From a virus: DNA of 64,000 bases. Position numbers and translations under genes: made by a program. Each line of letters starts with the position of its first letter. Position 1 is the first letter of the stretch. The stretch lies in IMG/VR virus record IMGVR_UViG_3300012971_000001, positions 32,001-96,000 of that record. One strand, given 5' to 3'. The notes beneath the pieces are model-generated. The model saw only the letters and a program-made list of their open reading frames with translations, ran no database searches and was not told where the DNA came from. Below are positions 8,651 to 17,937 of this stretch, piece by piece.

Positions 8651-10059
8651 AGCTATTCCTACCGCCTCCAGCAATGCCACCCGACTTAGCGAGCAGCATA
8701 TTGCTCAGAATGCGTGTCCGCTACATCAACGCCGGAGGACCTGGATCGGGCTGTCACGGTCCTAACTGCGGCAGACCGCCGGGGCCTGGAAAAGATGCCC
8801 CGATGGGTGACGCGCCCGGCAGCACCGGGTTCTTACTCAAAGATCGCGGCTGGACAGAAACCGGCAAGCAGGACCTGAAAGGCAAGACAGCCCGCGTGTA
8901 TGAGCACCCGATCCACGGGAAGTTAGTGGTTTCAAATAACTGGTACGAGCATTACGACAAGGGTGGCACGAAAGTCGGCGAGAAGACAGATCTGGTGAAG
9001 GGTACACCGCTGTCGGAAAAGCTGGCAAAATACATGGATGACAAGGGTGGCATGTCGGGCAAGATAACTCCGCCTACCAAGCCTACGCCTCCGCCACCGA
9101 CAATCACCAAGCCTGCGCCCGTGAAACCGCCACCGCCACCGCCAGAAAAGAAAGCCAAGCCAGAGCCGCCCGCGCCAGCCGTGGTCAAGCCCGGCACTTA
9201 CGAAAAAGGCGCCGAAGAATTCCACGCTGCCACGCTCAAGCTACTAGATACGCCAGGGCTGGACACCGCCAAGCAAGCTATCGAAAAAGCGCAGGCAAAC
9301 TACGAAGCTGCTACCAAAGAGTACAGCGCATTTACGAAGACGCTTTATGGAAACGAAGGCGCCTGGGATAAGCCGGAAAACAAAGCCAAGCTGAGCGAGC
9401 TGTACAATAAGCAGGATGAAGCCAACGATGCGCTTCACGAAGCGAAGGCCGCACAAGAGGCAGCCAAGACAGCAGTGAGGGACAAGTTCAATACGCTTTT
9501 GCGCGGTGGAGCTCCTGCAGCCAAGATCGGAACAAAAGCTTACGGAGCATTCGGTATCGGCAATCTAGCGTCTAAGTCAGCAGCAGCATTGGGGCAGATG
9601 CTACCGCAGAAATTCGTAAATTACGCCAAGGTGGATACCTGCAATTTCAAGCAGAAGGGCGGCAGGAGGGCTTACTACAGCGAGGAAGGATTCCCCGGCG
9701 GAGCGGTGTTCATCAATCCCGGCAGCGGCAACGTCCAGACTGGAGTTCACGAGATGGGGCACTGGCTGGAATACAAAGTGCCCGGCTTACAGAAAGAAGC
9801 AACGGATTTTCTCAATCGCCGAACAGCGGGAGAATTCGCACAAAAGCTGAAGAAGCTCACCGGCAAGAATTACAAGTCCAGCGAGGTAGCCAAGCCGGAC
9901 AAGTTCACTAACCCGTACATTGGCAAGATCTACCCGCATGGGGCTACAGAAATCATCTCGATGGGCATGGAACAGCTGTACCACAACCCGGCGGGATTCG
10001 CCAAGGATGACCCGGACTACTTCAAGTTCATGTACAGTGTTATTCATAAAAAGAGGTAG
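8647..10059 (+). CDS. Putative head-packaged effector 2: tag, shared domain, Pro linker and zincin metallopeptidase
   Basis: INA-GGPGSGCHGPNCGRP; GVHEMGHWLE (HExxH) with downstream TEIISMG, as in MuF-associated peptidase domains. Confidence 0.7.
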   Translation: MKLFLPPPAMPPDLASSILLRMRVRYINAGGPGSGCHGPNCGRPPGPGKDAPMGDAPGSTGFLLKDRGWTETGKQDLKGKTARVYEHPIHGKLVVSNNWYEHYDKGGTKVGEKTDLVKGTPLSEKLAKYMDDKGGMSGKITPPTKPTPPPPTITKPAPVKPPPPPPEKKAKPEPPAPAVVKPGTYEKGAEEFHAATLKLLDTPGLDTAKQAIEKAQANYEAATKEYSAFTKTLYGNEGAWDKPENKAKLSELYNKQDEANDALHEAKAAQEAAKTAVRDKFNTLLRGGAPAAKIGTKAYGAFGIGNLASKSAAALGQMLPQKFVNYAKVDTCNFKQKGGRRAYYSEEGFPGGAVFINPGSGNVQTGVHEMGHWLEYKVPGLQKEATDFLNRRTAGEFAQKLKKLTGKNYKSSEVAKPDKFTNPYIGKIYPHGATEIISMGMEQLYHNPAGFAKDDPDYFKFMYSVIHKKR

Positions 10060-10061
10060 AT

Positions 10062-10313
10062 ATGCCGACGACGATTCTTATCAACGGTGCACGGGCAACG
10101 GTCGACAACGATGGTAAGTGGACTCTGGGCAAGAGCCTACCGCCGCAGATGGGCAAGATACTGCAGCAAATAACGAAGCATGCCCTGGCCGAACTTAGCC
10201 CGGCAGATGGCGAGCCGAGCCACGAGATTGCCAGTAAAGCCGTCAAGGCGCTTGGCGGAAAAATCATCGAGAGCACCATCGTCGACGATGCGCCGCCGGA
10301 TGCAGTGCTATGA
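10062..10313 (+). CDS. Small protein, candidate immunity/partner of effector 2
   Basis: 83 aa, GAGGT Shine-Dalgarno, directly after the peptidase gene; lacks the tag. Confidence 0.5.
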   Translation: MPTTILINGARATVDNDGKWTLGKSLPPQMGKILQQITKHALAELSPADGEPSHEIASKAVKALGGKIIESTIVDDAPPDAVL

Positions 10314-11416
10314 TAGAAAAAATCACGATCCACTTTGATACCGATTTCCAAGCAGCAACGGATGCGGTGGCCCCAGATGACCTCAGCGACAGTGAGTACT
10401 ACACCGTTACACCAGAGCAGGCAGAAGAGCGCAGAAAATATTTGACGTCGGAAGGCCCAATAGAAACGCTGGAAAGCATGCTTGCCATGCTAGACGCGGA
10501 AGCAGCACTTGATGCAGTAGAAAGTGGCGAGGCAGATGTCAACCTAAGTGCAGCAGAAGAAATGTTCAATCGCATAGATGCTGGCGGGCCTGGCAGCGGC
10601 TGTCACGGTGATAACTGTGGTCGCCCGGCAGGTGCAGGCGGAGAGGGCATATCCAAGGCTTACGCAGATAATTTGTCGAAGGCCAAAGCGCTGCTGGAAA
10701 AATATGCAGCAGACAAAGAGCCTGAATATCAGGGCCACGTGAAGCTGCCGAATAAAACCATGTACAACAAAGATCGAACGAACAGGTGGATGCAGAGGCT
10801 GGAAGAAGGCCAGCCTCGAGAAGAAGCAGCAAAAGGGCTGGGGCTGTATGTCGAGCTAGCCAACTCGATGGGTCTGGGACCGAAGCACTTACAAGCCGTG
10901 GCCAAGTACATGGATGACTGGACGAATGAGTCGGATGCGGGCGGCGGAAAATACGTGCAGGAAAAAGGCCAGGAAATCGTCGACGGCCATTGCTGCTCGG
11001 ATGCGCGTGCCAAGGCCATGATGGTGGAATATCTGATTACGCAGGCAAAGCTCGAGAAGAAATATCCAAGTGGAATGATTCCCGTGCTATATCGCGGCGT
11101 GTACGGCGACCATGCAGCAGGCTTGAAAGACCAGGCTTCAATGGCGCGCACTAAAGAGGTCAGCATTCGGACCAGAGGTGCAGAAAGCTTTTCGGCGAGT
11201 TACGAAAAGGCAAAAGACTTTGCTGATAGCCACGAACATGGCGTGGTCATCGAAGAACACAACGTGCCGATCACGCATGTAATTTCGTCGTTCGACACGT
11301 CGCCGGGATACTTTGCTGGCCTGGCAGATGAGCGGGAGTATGTACTGTCTCATCCGGGTGCGGGCATGAAAGTGCCCAAGCAGCATATCAAAGACGTGTC
11401 GATGTACGGAGATTAG
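10310..11416 (+). CDS. Putative head-packaged effector 3: acidic leader, tag and R-S-E ADP-ribosyltransferase
   Basis: IDA-GGPGSGCHGDNCGRP; LYRGV, ESFSAS and DEREYVL motifs. Confidence 0.7.
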   Translation: MIEKITIHFDTDFQAATDAVAPDDLSDSEYYTVTPEQAEERRKYLTSEGPIETLESMLAMLDAEAALDAVESGEADVNLSAAEEMFNRIDAGGPGSGCHGDNCGRPAGAGGEGISKAYADNLSKAKALLEKYAADKEPEYQGHVKLPNKTMYNKDRTNRWMQRLEEGQPREEAAKGLGLYVELANSMGLGPKHLQAVAKYMDDWTNESDAGGGKYVQEKGQEIVDGHCCSDARAKAMMVEYLITQAKLEKKYPSGMIPVLYRGVYGDHAAGLKDQASMARTKEVSIRTRGAESFSASYEKAKDFADSHEHGVVIEEHNVPITHVISSFDTSPGYFAGLADEREYVLSHPGAGMKVPKQHIKDVSMYGD

Positions 11417-11417
11417 C

Positions 11418-11546
11418 ATGGCTGACGAAGAAGAAAAAGAATTCGACATAGACTTGTCCGACGATCCCAACAGCAAGTGGATGCACCAGATGCGCGAGAA
11501 AAAGAAGGAGTACGAGCCAGAGCCGGATCCACTGGAGGACGAATGA
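11418..11546 (+). CDS. 42-aa acidic peptide absent from the ORF track; candidate ART inhibitor/partner
   Basis: MADEEEKEFDIDLSDDPNSKWMHQMREKKKEYEPEPDPLEDE fills the gap exactly and its stop overlaps the next ATG; resembles the C-tail of effector 4. Confidence 0.6.
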   Translation: MADEEEKEFDIDLSDDPNSKWMHQMREKKKEYEPEPDPLEDE

Positions 11547-13963
11547 GCTACGTCGACGAGATAGAAAATAATCTCTCTGACTTAGAAGAGTTCCTTGCCC
11601 GAATCGAGGCCGGCGGACCCGGCAGCGGTTGCCATGGACCGAACTGCGGGCGCCCGCCCGGTTCGGGCAAGGGAGGCACGGCACTGCACGATGCTCCAGA
11701 AGGCGCGCCAGGCGTCGGCACGACCGGCACGCTAATGAAGGACTTCGGCTGGAAGAAAGTGCCCGGTGGGGAAACTACCGTCAAAGGCCATCCGGCAACG
11801 ATGTACACGCATCCAACGCATGGCACGATGTTCGTGACCAAGAATTGGTACGAGCATTACAAGGCGGGCGAGAAAATCGGAGAAAAGACGGAGCTGGCCA
11901 AAGGCAAGCCACTCGCAGAGAAGCTGAAGACGTATCTGAAGGAGAACACGCCCCGGCCTGGTTCTGGTCCGGTAGCGCCCGCGCCGACGAAGCCTGCAGG
12001 CCCCAAACCGACCGGAACTACTACTCCACAGCCGAAGCCTATCCCTGCCACAGCCGCTCAGATCCCCAACCGGGACGCAGAGTTCAAGTTCAAGGAAGAC
12101 GCGGGCCATCTGGGCGGCGCCCATGACAAATATCTCTACACCGACAAGCTCGGAAAAGAATATCTGTTCAAGCCAGCAACAACGCTGAGCGGGGATGTCT
12201 CGCCGTTGATGGCACACGCCGATGAAATGGCATCGCGGATAGCGCAGAAGCTGAGGCCCTACGCATTCGAACACGCCAGAGCAGCAGAGCTTACCGTGCC
12301 CGGCCAGGGCAAGGTGGTCGGCAGCGTGCACGAGATGCTGCCGAACATCATGCAGAACAAAGACTTCAGCGGTGTAAAGCCGAAGGACTTAAAGCCAGAA
12401 GACTCGGCACAGCTGCAACGTGAGCAGGTAATCGACTGGCTGATCAGCAACCACGACTCGCATGGCGGCCAGTTCATCCGCAGCGAAGGCGGAAAAGTAA
12501 TCGGCATCGACAAGACGCAGGCATTCAAGTACTTTGGCAAAGATAAGCTGGATGTTGATTACCATCCGAATGCAAGCTACGGCGAGAAGCCGCCTTACTA
12601 CAATGACATGTGGAAGGCGGTGAAAAAGGGTGATCTGACAGTCGACCCGATGCAGTCGTACAAGACGATTCAGAAGGCACAGGCAATCCCTGATGATGAG
12701 TATCGCAACATACTCATGCCTTATGCCAAAGAAAGATTCAAGAACGACGACAAAGCCGCGAACGAATTCCTTGACAAAGCCGTTGGCAGGAAAAACGCTC
12801 TAAAGGCAGACTTCGAGAAATTCATCGGTGGTGTGTACGGCAAGCCGTTCACGTTCAATAATGGCTTTTCCGGCACTGGGAATCCTATTCCAAAACCCGC
12901 GGGCGCCGGACCGAAGCCACCGTTGCAGCCGGGAGATAAAGGCAGGCCAGCGCCGGTAGAGGAGCAGAAGCAGCGCCTGGCGGAGATGATACAAAAGCCT
13001 TCGGAAAAAGGCCAGGGCACGGCCGGCCACGTCATTGCCTGGGAACCGTATGTACCGCCAGATAATCCGCAGTTCAAATCGCGGATGGCTGAGGCACATC
13101 AAGTGGTGGCAGATGTGATGAGCAAGTACAGCGGCCCGAGCCAAAAATATCTGCATAATTTTGACGATGACAAGCGCTGGGAATGGGAAGCTAAAATCAA
13201 CAGCGGAAAATCTCCCGTAGATGCAGCAAAGGGCCTGGGCGTCTATCCAGAGGCATTTGCTAAGATGGGATTTTCGCCGGGAGAGATGCATGACATGATC
13301 GGCACCATCAAGGGCTGGACGGGCAGCTCGTCGGGAACGAATGGTACTAAGGTGCAGGAAGCAGCGCAGCAGATTATTAACGGCAAGTGCTGTAGCTCAA
13401 AGGTGGCTCGTGCCTTCGAGTTGGAGTACGCCTTAACGCAGGCAAAATTAGCCAAGCAAGTAGATTCGGCAGGTAAGCTCAAGATTCCGGTGTGGCGGGG
13501 CGTGAATGATACTGACGAGCCAGGTTACGCCAACCAATTAGAGGCAGCTGCAGCCAAGCATGACTTCGTAGAAACGGTCAACCGCGGTGCTGAGAGTTAC
13601 TCGACCAGCTTGGATAAAGCTAAGCAATTCGGTCGAGTCATCCTACAGATACACAACGTGCCCGCCAAGCAAGTGCTTACTTCAGCACTTACTAATCCCG
13701 CAGCATTTACAGCTCACCATCACGAAGCGGAAATGGTGGTTGCTCACAAGGGCAATCAGAAGCTGCTTGCGAAAGATGTGATCATCAAGCATTCGGGACC
13801 GTACACGGCGCTGCTAAAGTCGGAGGCAGAGAAAGAAAAAGGATCGTTGGTGCTAGATCTGACGGATGATGTGAACGCAGATTGGTATGCAATAGCTGCC
13901 AGACGTATGCATCTGCCACCAAATGAGGATTATAAGATCTTCGTTATGGAAGCTGTAGAGTAA
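11543..13963 (+). CDS. Putative head-packaged effector 4: tag, shared domain, HipA/PI3-4-kinase-like domain and R-S-E ADP-ribosyltransferase
   Basis: GGAGG then ATG 11543; IEA-GGPGSGCHGPNCGRP; kinase motifs YLFKP, ADEMASRI, DWLISNHDSH, IGIDK; ART motifs VWRGV, ESYSTS, HEAEMVV. Confidence 0.72.
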   Translation: MSYVDEIENNLSDLEEFLARIEAGGPGSGCHGPNCGRPPGSGKGGTALHDAPEGAPGVGTTGTLMKDFGWKKVPGGETTVKGHPATMYTHPTHGTMFVTKNWYEHYKAGEKIGEKTELAKGKPLAEKLKTYLKENTPRPGSGPVAPAPTKPAGPKPTGTTTPQPKPIPATAAQIPNRDAEFKFKEDAGHLGGAHDKYLYTDKLGKEYLFKPATTLSGDVSPLMAHADEMASRIAQKLRPYAFEHARAAELTVPGQGKVVGSVHEMLPNIMQNKDFSGVKPKDLKPEDSAQLQREQVIDWLISNHDSHGGQFIRSEGGKVIGIDKTQAFKYFGKDKLDVDYHPNASYGEKPPYYNDMWKAVKKGDLTVDPMQSYKTIQKAQAIPDDEYRNILMPYAKERFKNDDKAANEFLDKAVGRKNALKADFEKFIGGVYGKPFTFNNGFSGTGNPIPKPAGAGPKPPLQPGDKGRPAPVEEQKQRLAEMIQKPSEKGQGTAGHVIAWEPYVPPDNPQFKSRMAEAHQVVADVMSKYSGPSQKYLHNFDDDKRWEWEAKINSGKSPVDAAKGLGVYPEAFAKMGFSPGEMHDMIGTIKGWTGSSSGTNGTKVQEAAQQIINGKCCSSKVARAFELEYALTQAKLAKQVDSAGKLKIPVWRGVNDTDEPGYANQLEAAAAKHDFVETVNRGAESYSTSLDKAKQFGRVILQIHNVPAKQVLTSALTNPAAFTAHHHEAEMVVAHKGNQKLLAKDVIIKHSGPYTALLKSEAEKEKGSLVLDLTDDVNADWYAIAARRMHLPPNEDYKIFVMEAVE

Positions 13964-14001
13964 AATCGAGTAACAAGCGGAATATCGAGTAACTGGTTCG
14001 C

Positions 14002-14038
14002 TTCGCCGTTGGCCGTTCCTGCTCCTACATCGTAGACT
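14002..14038 (+). promoter_or_regulatory. Putative late promoter, copy 2
   Basis: TTCGCCG TTGGCC, 18 nt, TAGACT; preceded by the direct repeat ATCGAGTAAC at 13965 and 13984. Confidence 0.55.
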
Positions 14039-14052
14039 CACTTTGTTAAACG

Positions 14053-15489
14053 ATGGCACAGAGACTGGAACTAATCCAAGGATCGGTTAGCATAACCGCA
14101 CAGGAGACTCATCCCAACAAGATGAAATTCCGCGGAGTGCTGGTCCGTTTGGATGAGCCGTCAACCCGGCCGCCGAACGGAGCCGAAGGGCACCGAATCT
14201 ACGTTCCGACAGCGGTTGCAGCCAAGCGGTTGCAGACTCTGGTCGGCATGGGATTAAATTACGCTGAGAACTTAGATGGCCATCAGCAGAGAAGAAAAGT
14301 CGGAGTTATCCAGAAGGCAAATATCGAGGGCAAGGATCTGTGGGTTGAGGGAATTGTTTGGAAGCATGACTTTCCCGAAGCCACGGATGACTTGAAGCAG
14401 AAGAACCTGGGCATGTCGATGGAGATCGGGCAGGTAGCGGTCGACGACATCAACGCAGATGTGTGGGTGCTGAACGACTTCTATTTCCTGGGCGCCACGA
14501 TTCTGTTCCGTGATGCAGCAGCCTATGAACGTACGCAAGCAATTGCTGCGCAGGCAAACAAAGGGAGCGCAAACATGAAGAAACCGACGGTAACAAAGCC
14601 AGCAGCCGTACAGCGGATGGACGCTGGCGCCATTGCACAAATCGCCACGCAGGCTGCTGTGGAAGGCGTGTCCAAGCATTTCGCGGGCACGTTCAACCGG
14701 CAGACCAACCTGCTGGCAAGGATGGCCGCACAGTTCGAAGACGTGAACTCGCGGCTTACCGCCCTAGAAGCCGGGGCTGTCACGGATGACGAGGACGACG
14801 ACGAAATCGACGACATCGACGCAGAAGGCAACGTCGCACCTCCGCCTGCGGCAACAGCAGTTCCGAAAATGACGACAAAGAAAAAAGTCGCCGCAGCCGA
14901 TGACGAGGACGATGAGGACGATGAGGACAAGAAGGCGGACGAGGACGACGACGAGGAAATCGAATCCGAAGCCATCGACAAGGGCGATCTTGAAGAGATG
15001 GGTCCGGACACTGCCGGTGGGGACCTCGGCACGCCGGCGCATCAGAACGAAGACGACGAAAACAAAGGGAGCAGAACGACCTTGAACGACGACGTCGGAA
15101 AGACCGTAGCTTCGGCGGCTTTGAAGTCGCTTCGCAAGCAGGTGGCCAAGCTGACAGCAGGGCACGTGCAGCTGCAGCAGGAAAACAAGCGGCTGAAAAA
15201 GCAGCTGGCTGCCACGCATCGCCAAGTTACCGCAGCAGCCAACGATGTCACCCGGCGCTCGCGGCCAATCCACAATGACGTGCAGGGTCTGCTGGCAAAG
15301 AGCGGCCTGGATCCGATGAACATGCAGGCCTCGTCCCAGAAGCTTTCGGTCGCCGAAGTGGACGCACTGATCGCCTCGTCGCTTCCGAATGTGGACGTCA
15401 CCACGCGGATGACGCTCAAGAACAAGATGCTCGAAATGGGGCTGATGGAAGAAGGGGCAGTCCACCGGCAGTTGATTCCACGGGGCTAA
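14053..15489 (+). CDS. Prohead maturation protease fused to an acidic scaffold domain
   Basis: Assemblin/HK97-like protease pattern (GH...KVGVI...LWVEGIVW...LGMSMEI) followed by D/E-rich and coiled-coil regions; lies immediately before the capsid gene. Confidence 0.78.
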   Translation: MAQRLELIQGSVSITAQETHPNKMKFRGVLVRLDEPSTRPPNGAEGHRIYVPTAVAAKRLQTLVGMGLNYAENLDGHQQRRKVGVIQKANIEGKDLWVEGIVWKHDFPEATDDLKQKNLGMSMEIGQVAVDDINADVWVLNDFYFLGATILFRDAAAYERTQAIAAQANKGSANMKKPTVTKPAAVQRMDAGAIAQIATQAAVEGVSKHFAGTFNRQTNLLARMAAQFEDVNSRLTALEAGAVTDDEDDDEIDDIDAEGNVAPPPAATAVPKMTTKKKVAAADDEDDEDDEDKKADEDDDEEIESEAIDKGDLEEMGPDTAGGDLGTPAHQNEDDENKGSRTTLNDDVGKTVASAALKSLRKQVAKLTAGHVQLQQENKRLKKQLAATHRQVTAAANDVTRRSRPIHNDVQGLLAKSGLDPMNMQASSQKLSVAEVDALIASSLPNVDVTTRMTLKNKMLEMGLMEEGAVHRQLIPRG

Positions 15490-15525
15490 GTGCCCGGAAA
15501 GAAAAAGAAGAGGGAGACGCAGACA

Positions 15526-16506
15526 ATGGCAGAAAAAAGACCAGCAGTCTTTCAGGACTTCACAGCAGCAGCGGACTACCTCGGACCGGGCGCTATTGAA
15601 GTCAACCGTTACCAAACGGAAATCGTGGACATGGTGCGGAGACGGTTCGTGCTCGGCCAGCGGATCAATCAAACGCCGGCCACCGGGCAGCCGTCGCGTT
15701 ACTTCGAGCAGCTGGCCATCCCGACGGCCAACTTCGTCGATCCGCGTGCACTGTCCGCCACGCCGTCGCAGCCGCAGCGCCAGGAAAGAGTCCTGATGCT
15801 GAAGGCAATCACGGCTCAAATCAACTACGGGATTTTCGACGTCGAGGTGAACCAGCAGCAGGGCCAGTTCGCGTACCTCGAAGCGAAGGATCTCACGGAC
15901 ACCGTTGACGGGTGTCTGAAGGTGCATGACCAGGGCCTGTGGAACGGCAACGACACGGACCTGATCGTCAGCACGACGGCGCAGTATTACGGCGTCAGCG
16001 GCCAGCTGGTCGCAGGCGCCGGCACTCCAATCGGCAACCCGATCATCAACGTGGGCGCCGCGCCAGCCAGCCTGGTCGACGCAGTGAAGACCGGCATGGC
16101 AGCAATGGCAGCCAGGACGGACTTCGAAGTGCGGCCGTCGGCCTTCTACTCGAACCCGCTTTTCCTCGACCTGTTCGACAAGGAAGCCAAATCGCTGCAG
16201 CTCTACTACAATCAGGTGGAAATCCTGCCGGGCGTGGTGGTCGAGGGCATCCCAACGCAGCTCGGCATCCTGCCCCTGATCGGCGACCCGGCGGTGACGG
16301 TGTTCGGGACCACGACGAAGACTTACACCGGCTTCATCGTGTCGGAAGACATGATCGAATATCACTATCTGACCGACCCGCTGCCCAGAGTTTTCCAGCT
16401 GGGCTTGCTGGCAAATTTGGCCGCGCAGTATGTGGTGGTCAAGTTCGGCGCGCCGGTAGCCAAAGGTGCCGGTTACGCACATCAGGTAATTCAGACGGTT
16501 CGTTAA
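15526..16506 (+). CDS. Major capsid protein (HK97 fold expected)
   Basis: About 326 aa after the protease; strongly biased codons; followed by a terminator; GGGAG then ATG 15526. Confidence 0.8.
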   Translation: MAEKRPAVFQDFTAAADYLGPGAIEVNRYQTEIVDMVRRRFVLGQRINQTPATGQPSRYFEQLAIPTANFVDPRALSATPSQPQRQERVLMLKAITAQINYGIFDVEVNQQQGQFAYLEAKDLTDTVDGCLKVHDQGLWNGNDTDLIVSTTAQYYGVSGQLVAGAGTPIGNPIINVGAAPASLVDAVKTGMAAMAARTDFEVRPSAFYSNPLFLDLFDKEAKSLQLYYNQVEILPGVVVEGIPTQLGILPLIGDPAVTVFGTTTKTYTGFIVSEDMIEYHYLTDPLPRVFQLGLLANLAAQYVVVKFGAPVAKGAGYAHQVIQTVR

Positions 16507-16538
16507 TTTCGTTCGGCGGAGAGTCCGAACCTCTGGGA

Positions 16539-16584
16539 GGGCTTGCATCTGTAAGAGGCATGGCAGGTGCAAGCCCATTTTGTT
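16539..16584 (+). terminator. Rho-independent terminator after the capsid gene
   Basis: GGGCTTGCATCTGT...GCAGGTGCAAGCCC followed by ATTTTGTT. Confidence 0.75.
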
Positions 16585-16616
16585 AGGTGTATAACGGTTT
16601 GTAGGAGTTGCTAATT

Positions 16617-17492
16617 GTGTCACCGACGGTCACTACCACCGAACTGAACGTGATGCCGGCAGACCTAAAGCCGTACATGCCGATGTATATCCTGCCCGAT
16701 GACTTTAGCACGTTCGGCTTACCATCCGACCCGAACTGCAATGCCGCGGGGCTGGTACAGTTCGCGAGCGCATACATCGACGAAGCCTGCGGGCGGATTG
16801 ACGGGGACGGCAGTGGTTCCTTAGCCTACTCCACCTATGTGCAGCGGCTGCTGCTACAAACAAGAAATCGCAATCTCATCCACTTAGCCATGAAGCCCAT
16901 CGTGCCGGTGGATCAAGCGACGGTAGACGATCTGATAGCACTGGCAGCGGCCGCTCCGACGGGAGAATACAGTTCCCTGTTTCAGAATACGCAGCCTTAC
17001 TACACCGGCGTGCTTCCGACCACGATCAACAGCTACAACGGCACGCCGTCGGGCTTCATAGCAGCATCCGGTCGATACGGCTACACGCGGCAGGACCGCA
17101 GCGTGGGATATCCTGATTTATATGCCATGATCAACCCGCTGAACCTCGTTACCATGTGGGGCGGCCCGGCACCGTGGGTGCCTGTGGACGCCACAATGAT
17201 CGAGTACGATCCGAAAACGGGTGAGGCATGGATTCCGGCGGGCTTACAGCTGCAGGCTTACTCAGAAATCCTTTGTATCTACAACAGCGGCTATGACCCG
17301 CGGAAAATCCCGTACACGATCAAAGCAGTGGTGGCCGGATTAGTGAAGAACGCAATCGTGCGCGGCGGCGTGACCGGAATCACGTCGTTGAATTTCGGCA
17401 AGCTGGGAGCCAGTTACAGCTTTTTCCAGGACTTGCTTGATCCGATGCTGGACAGGATGCTGACTCCGTTCAAGACGGTGAGAGGTTACTAA
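16617..17492 (+). CDS. Head-tail adaptor/connector protein
   Basis: First gene after the capsid; ASAYIDEACGR...Y.SGY...IPYTIK...L.PFK resembles gp6/gp15-like adaptors. Confidence 0.65.
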   Translation: MSPTVTTTELNVMPADLKPYMPMYILPDDFSTFGLPSDPNCNAAGLVQFASAYIDEACGRIDGDGSGSLAYSTYVQRLLLQTRNRNLIHLAMKPIVPVDQATVDDLIALAAAAPTGEYSSLFQNTQPYYTGVLPTTINSYNGTPSGFIAASGRYGYTRQDRSVGYPDLYAMINPLNLVTMWGGPAPWVPVDATMIEYDPKTGEAWIPAGLQLQAYSEILCIYNSGYDPRKIPYTIKAVVAGLVKNAIVRGGVTGITSLNFGKLGASYSFFQDLLDPMLDRMLTPFKTVRGY

Positions 17493-17493
17493 G

Positions 17494-17937
17494 ATGCGAC
17501 TGGATGAAATGCTTTTGCTGAGTAAGTCAGCTACAATTCAGGCTGGCAGTGCAAAGAACGATGGCGAGATTTTCCGCGAGATGCACGACACACTGCAACA
17601 GCACGGCTTCCAGCAGGAAAGCAAGGACGACCACCACGCCGACTACCGGCACCAGAACGGAGACTTAGTCAAGCTGCGGCATTCGACGAGCAAGATGTAC
17701 CCCGAATCCAAGGCGGCTGGTAATTTTACTCTCAAGCCGCAGATGGCTTACGACAAGCGCGGCATCCCTGTGGATCGTCCTGGCGTGTCAACAAAGGGCA
17801 AGTCGTTCCGCCAGCTGCACGAGGATTCGGATGCTGAAGGCAGCGGGCATGAAGCGTTGAAGAGCACGCTGGAGCAGTTTGGTCACAAGCCGGCCTACGG
17901 GCCGCCAGAAAAGGCAGGAAAAAATGCGACTAAGTGA
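17494..17937 (+). CDS. Small putative internal head protein with MRLDEMLL...IQA leader
   Basis: Leader ends in I-Q-A; LQQHGF...YRHQNG domain resembles the next gene. Confidence 0.5.
   Translation: MRLDEMLLLSKSATIQAGSAKNDGEIFREMHDTLQQHGFQQESKDDHHADYRHQNGDLVKLRHSTSKMYPESKAAGNFTLKPQMAYDKRGIPVDRPGVSTKGKSFRQLHEDSDAEGSGHEALKSTLEQFGHKPAYGPPEKAGKNATK

Noticed and set aside
11477-11542. GTG start for effector 4 given in the ORF track
   Set aside because: Region is better explained by the 42-aa ORF; ATG 11543 has GGAGG and overlaps its stop.
14764-16623. 619-aa minus-strand ORF
   Set aside because: Antisense shadow of the codon-biased scaffold and capsid genes; no recognisable motifs.
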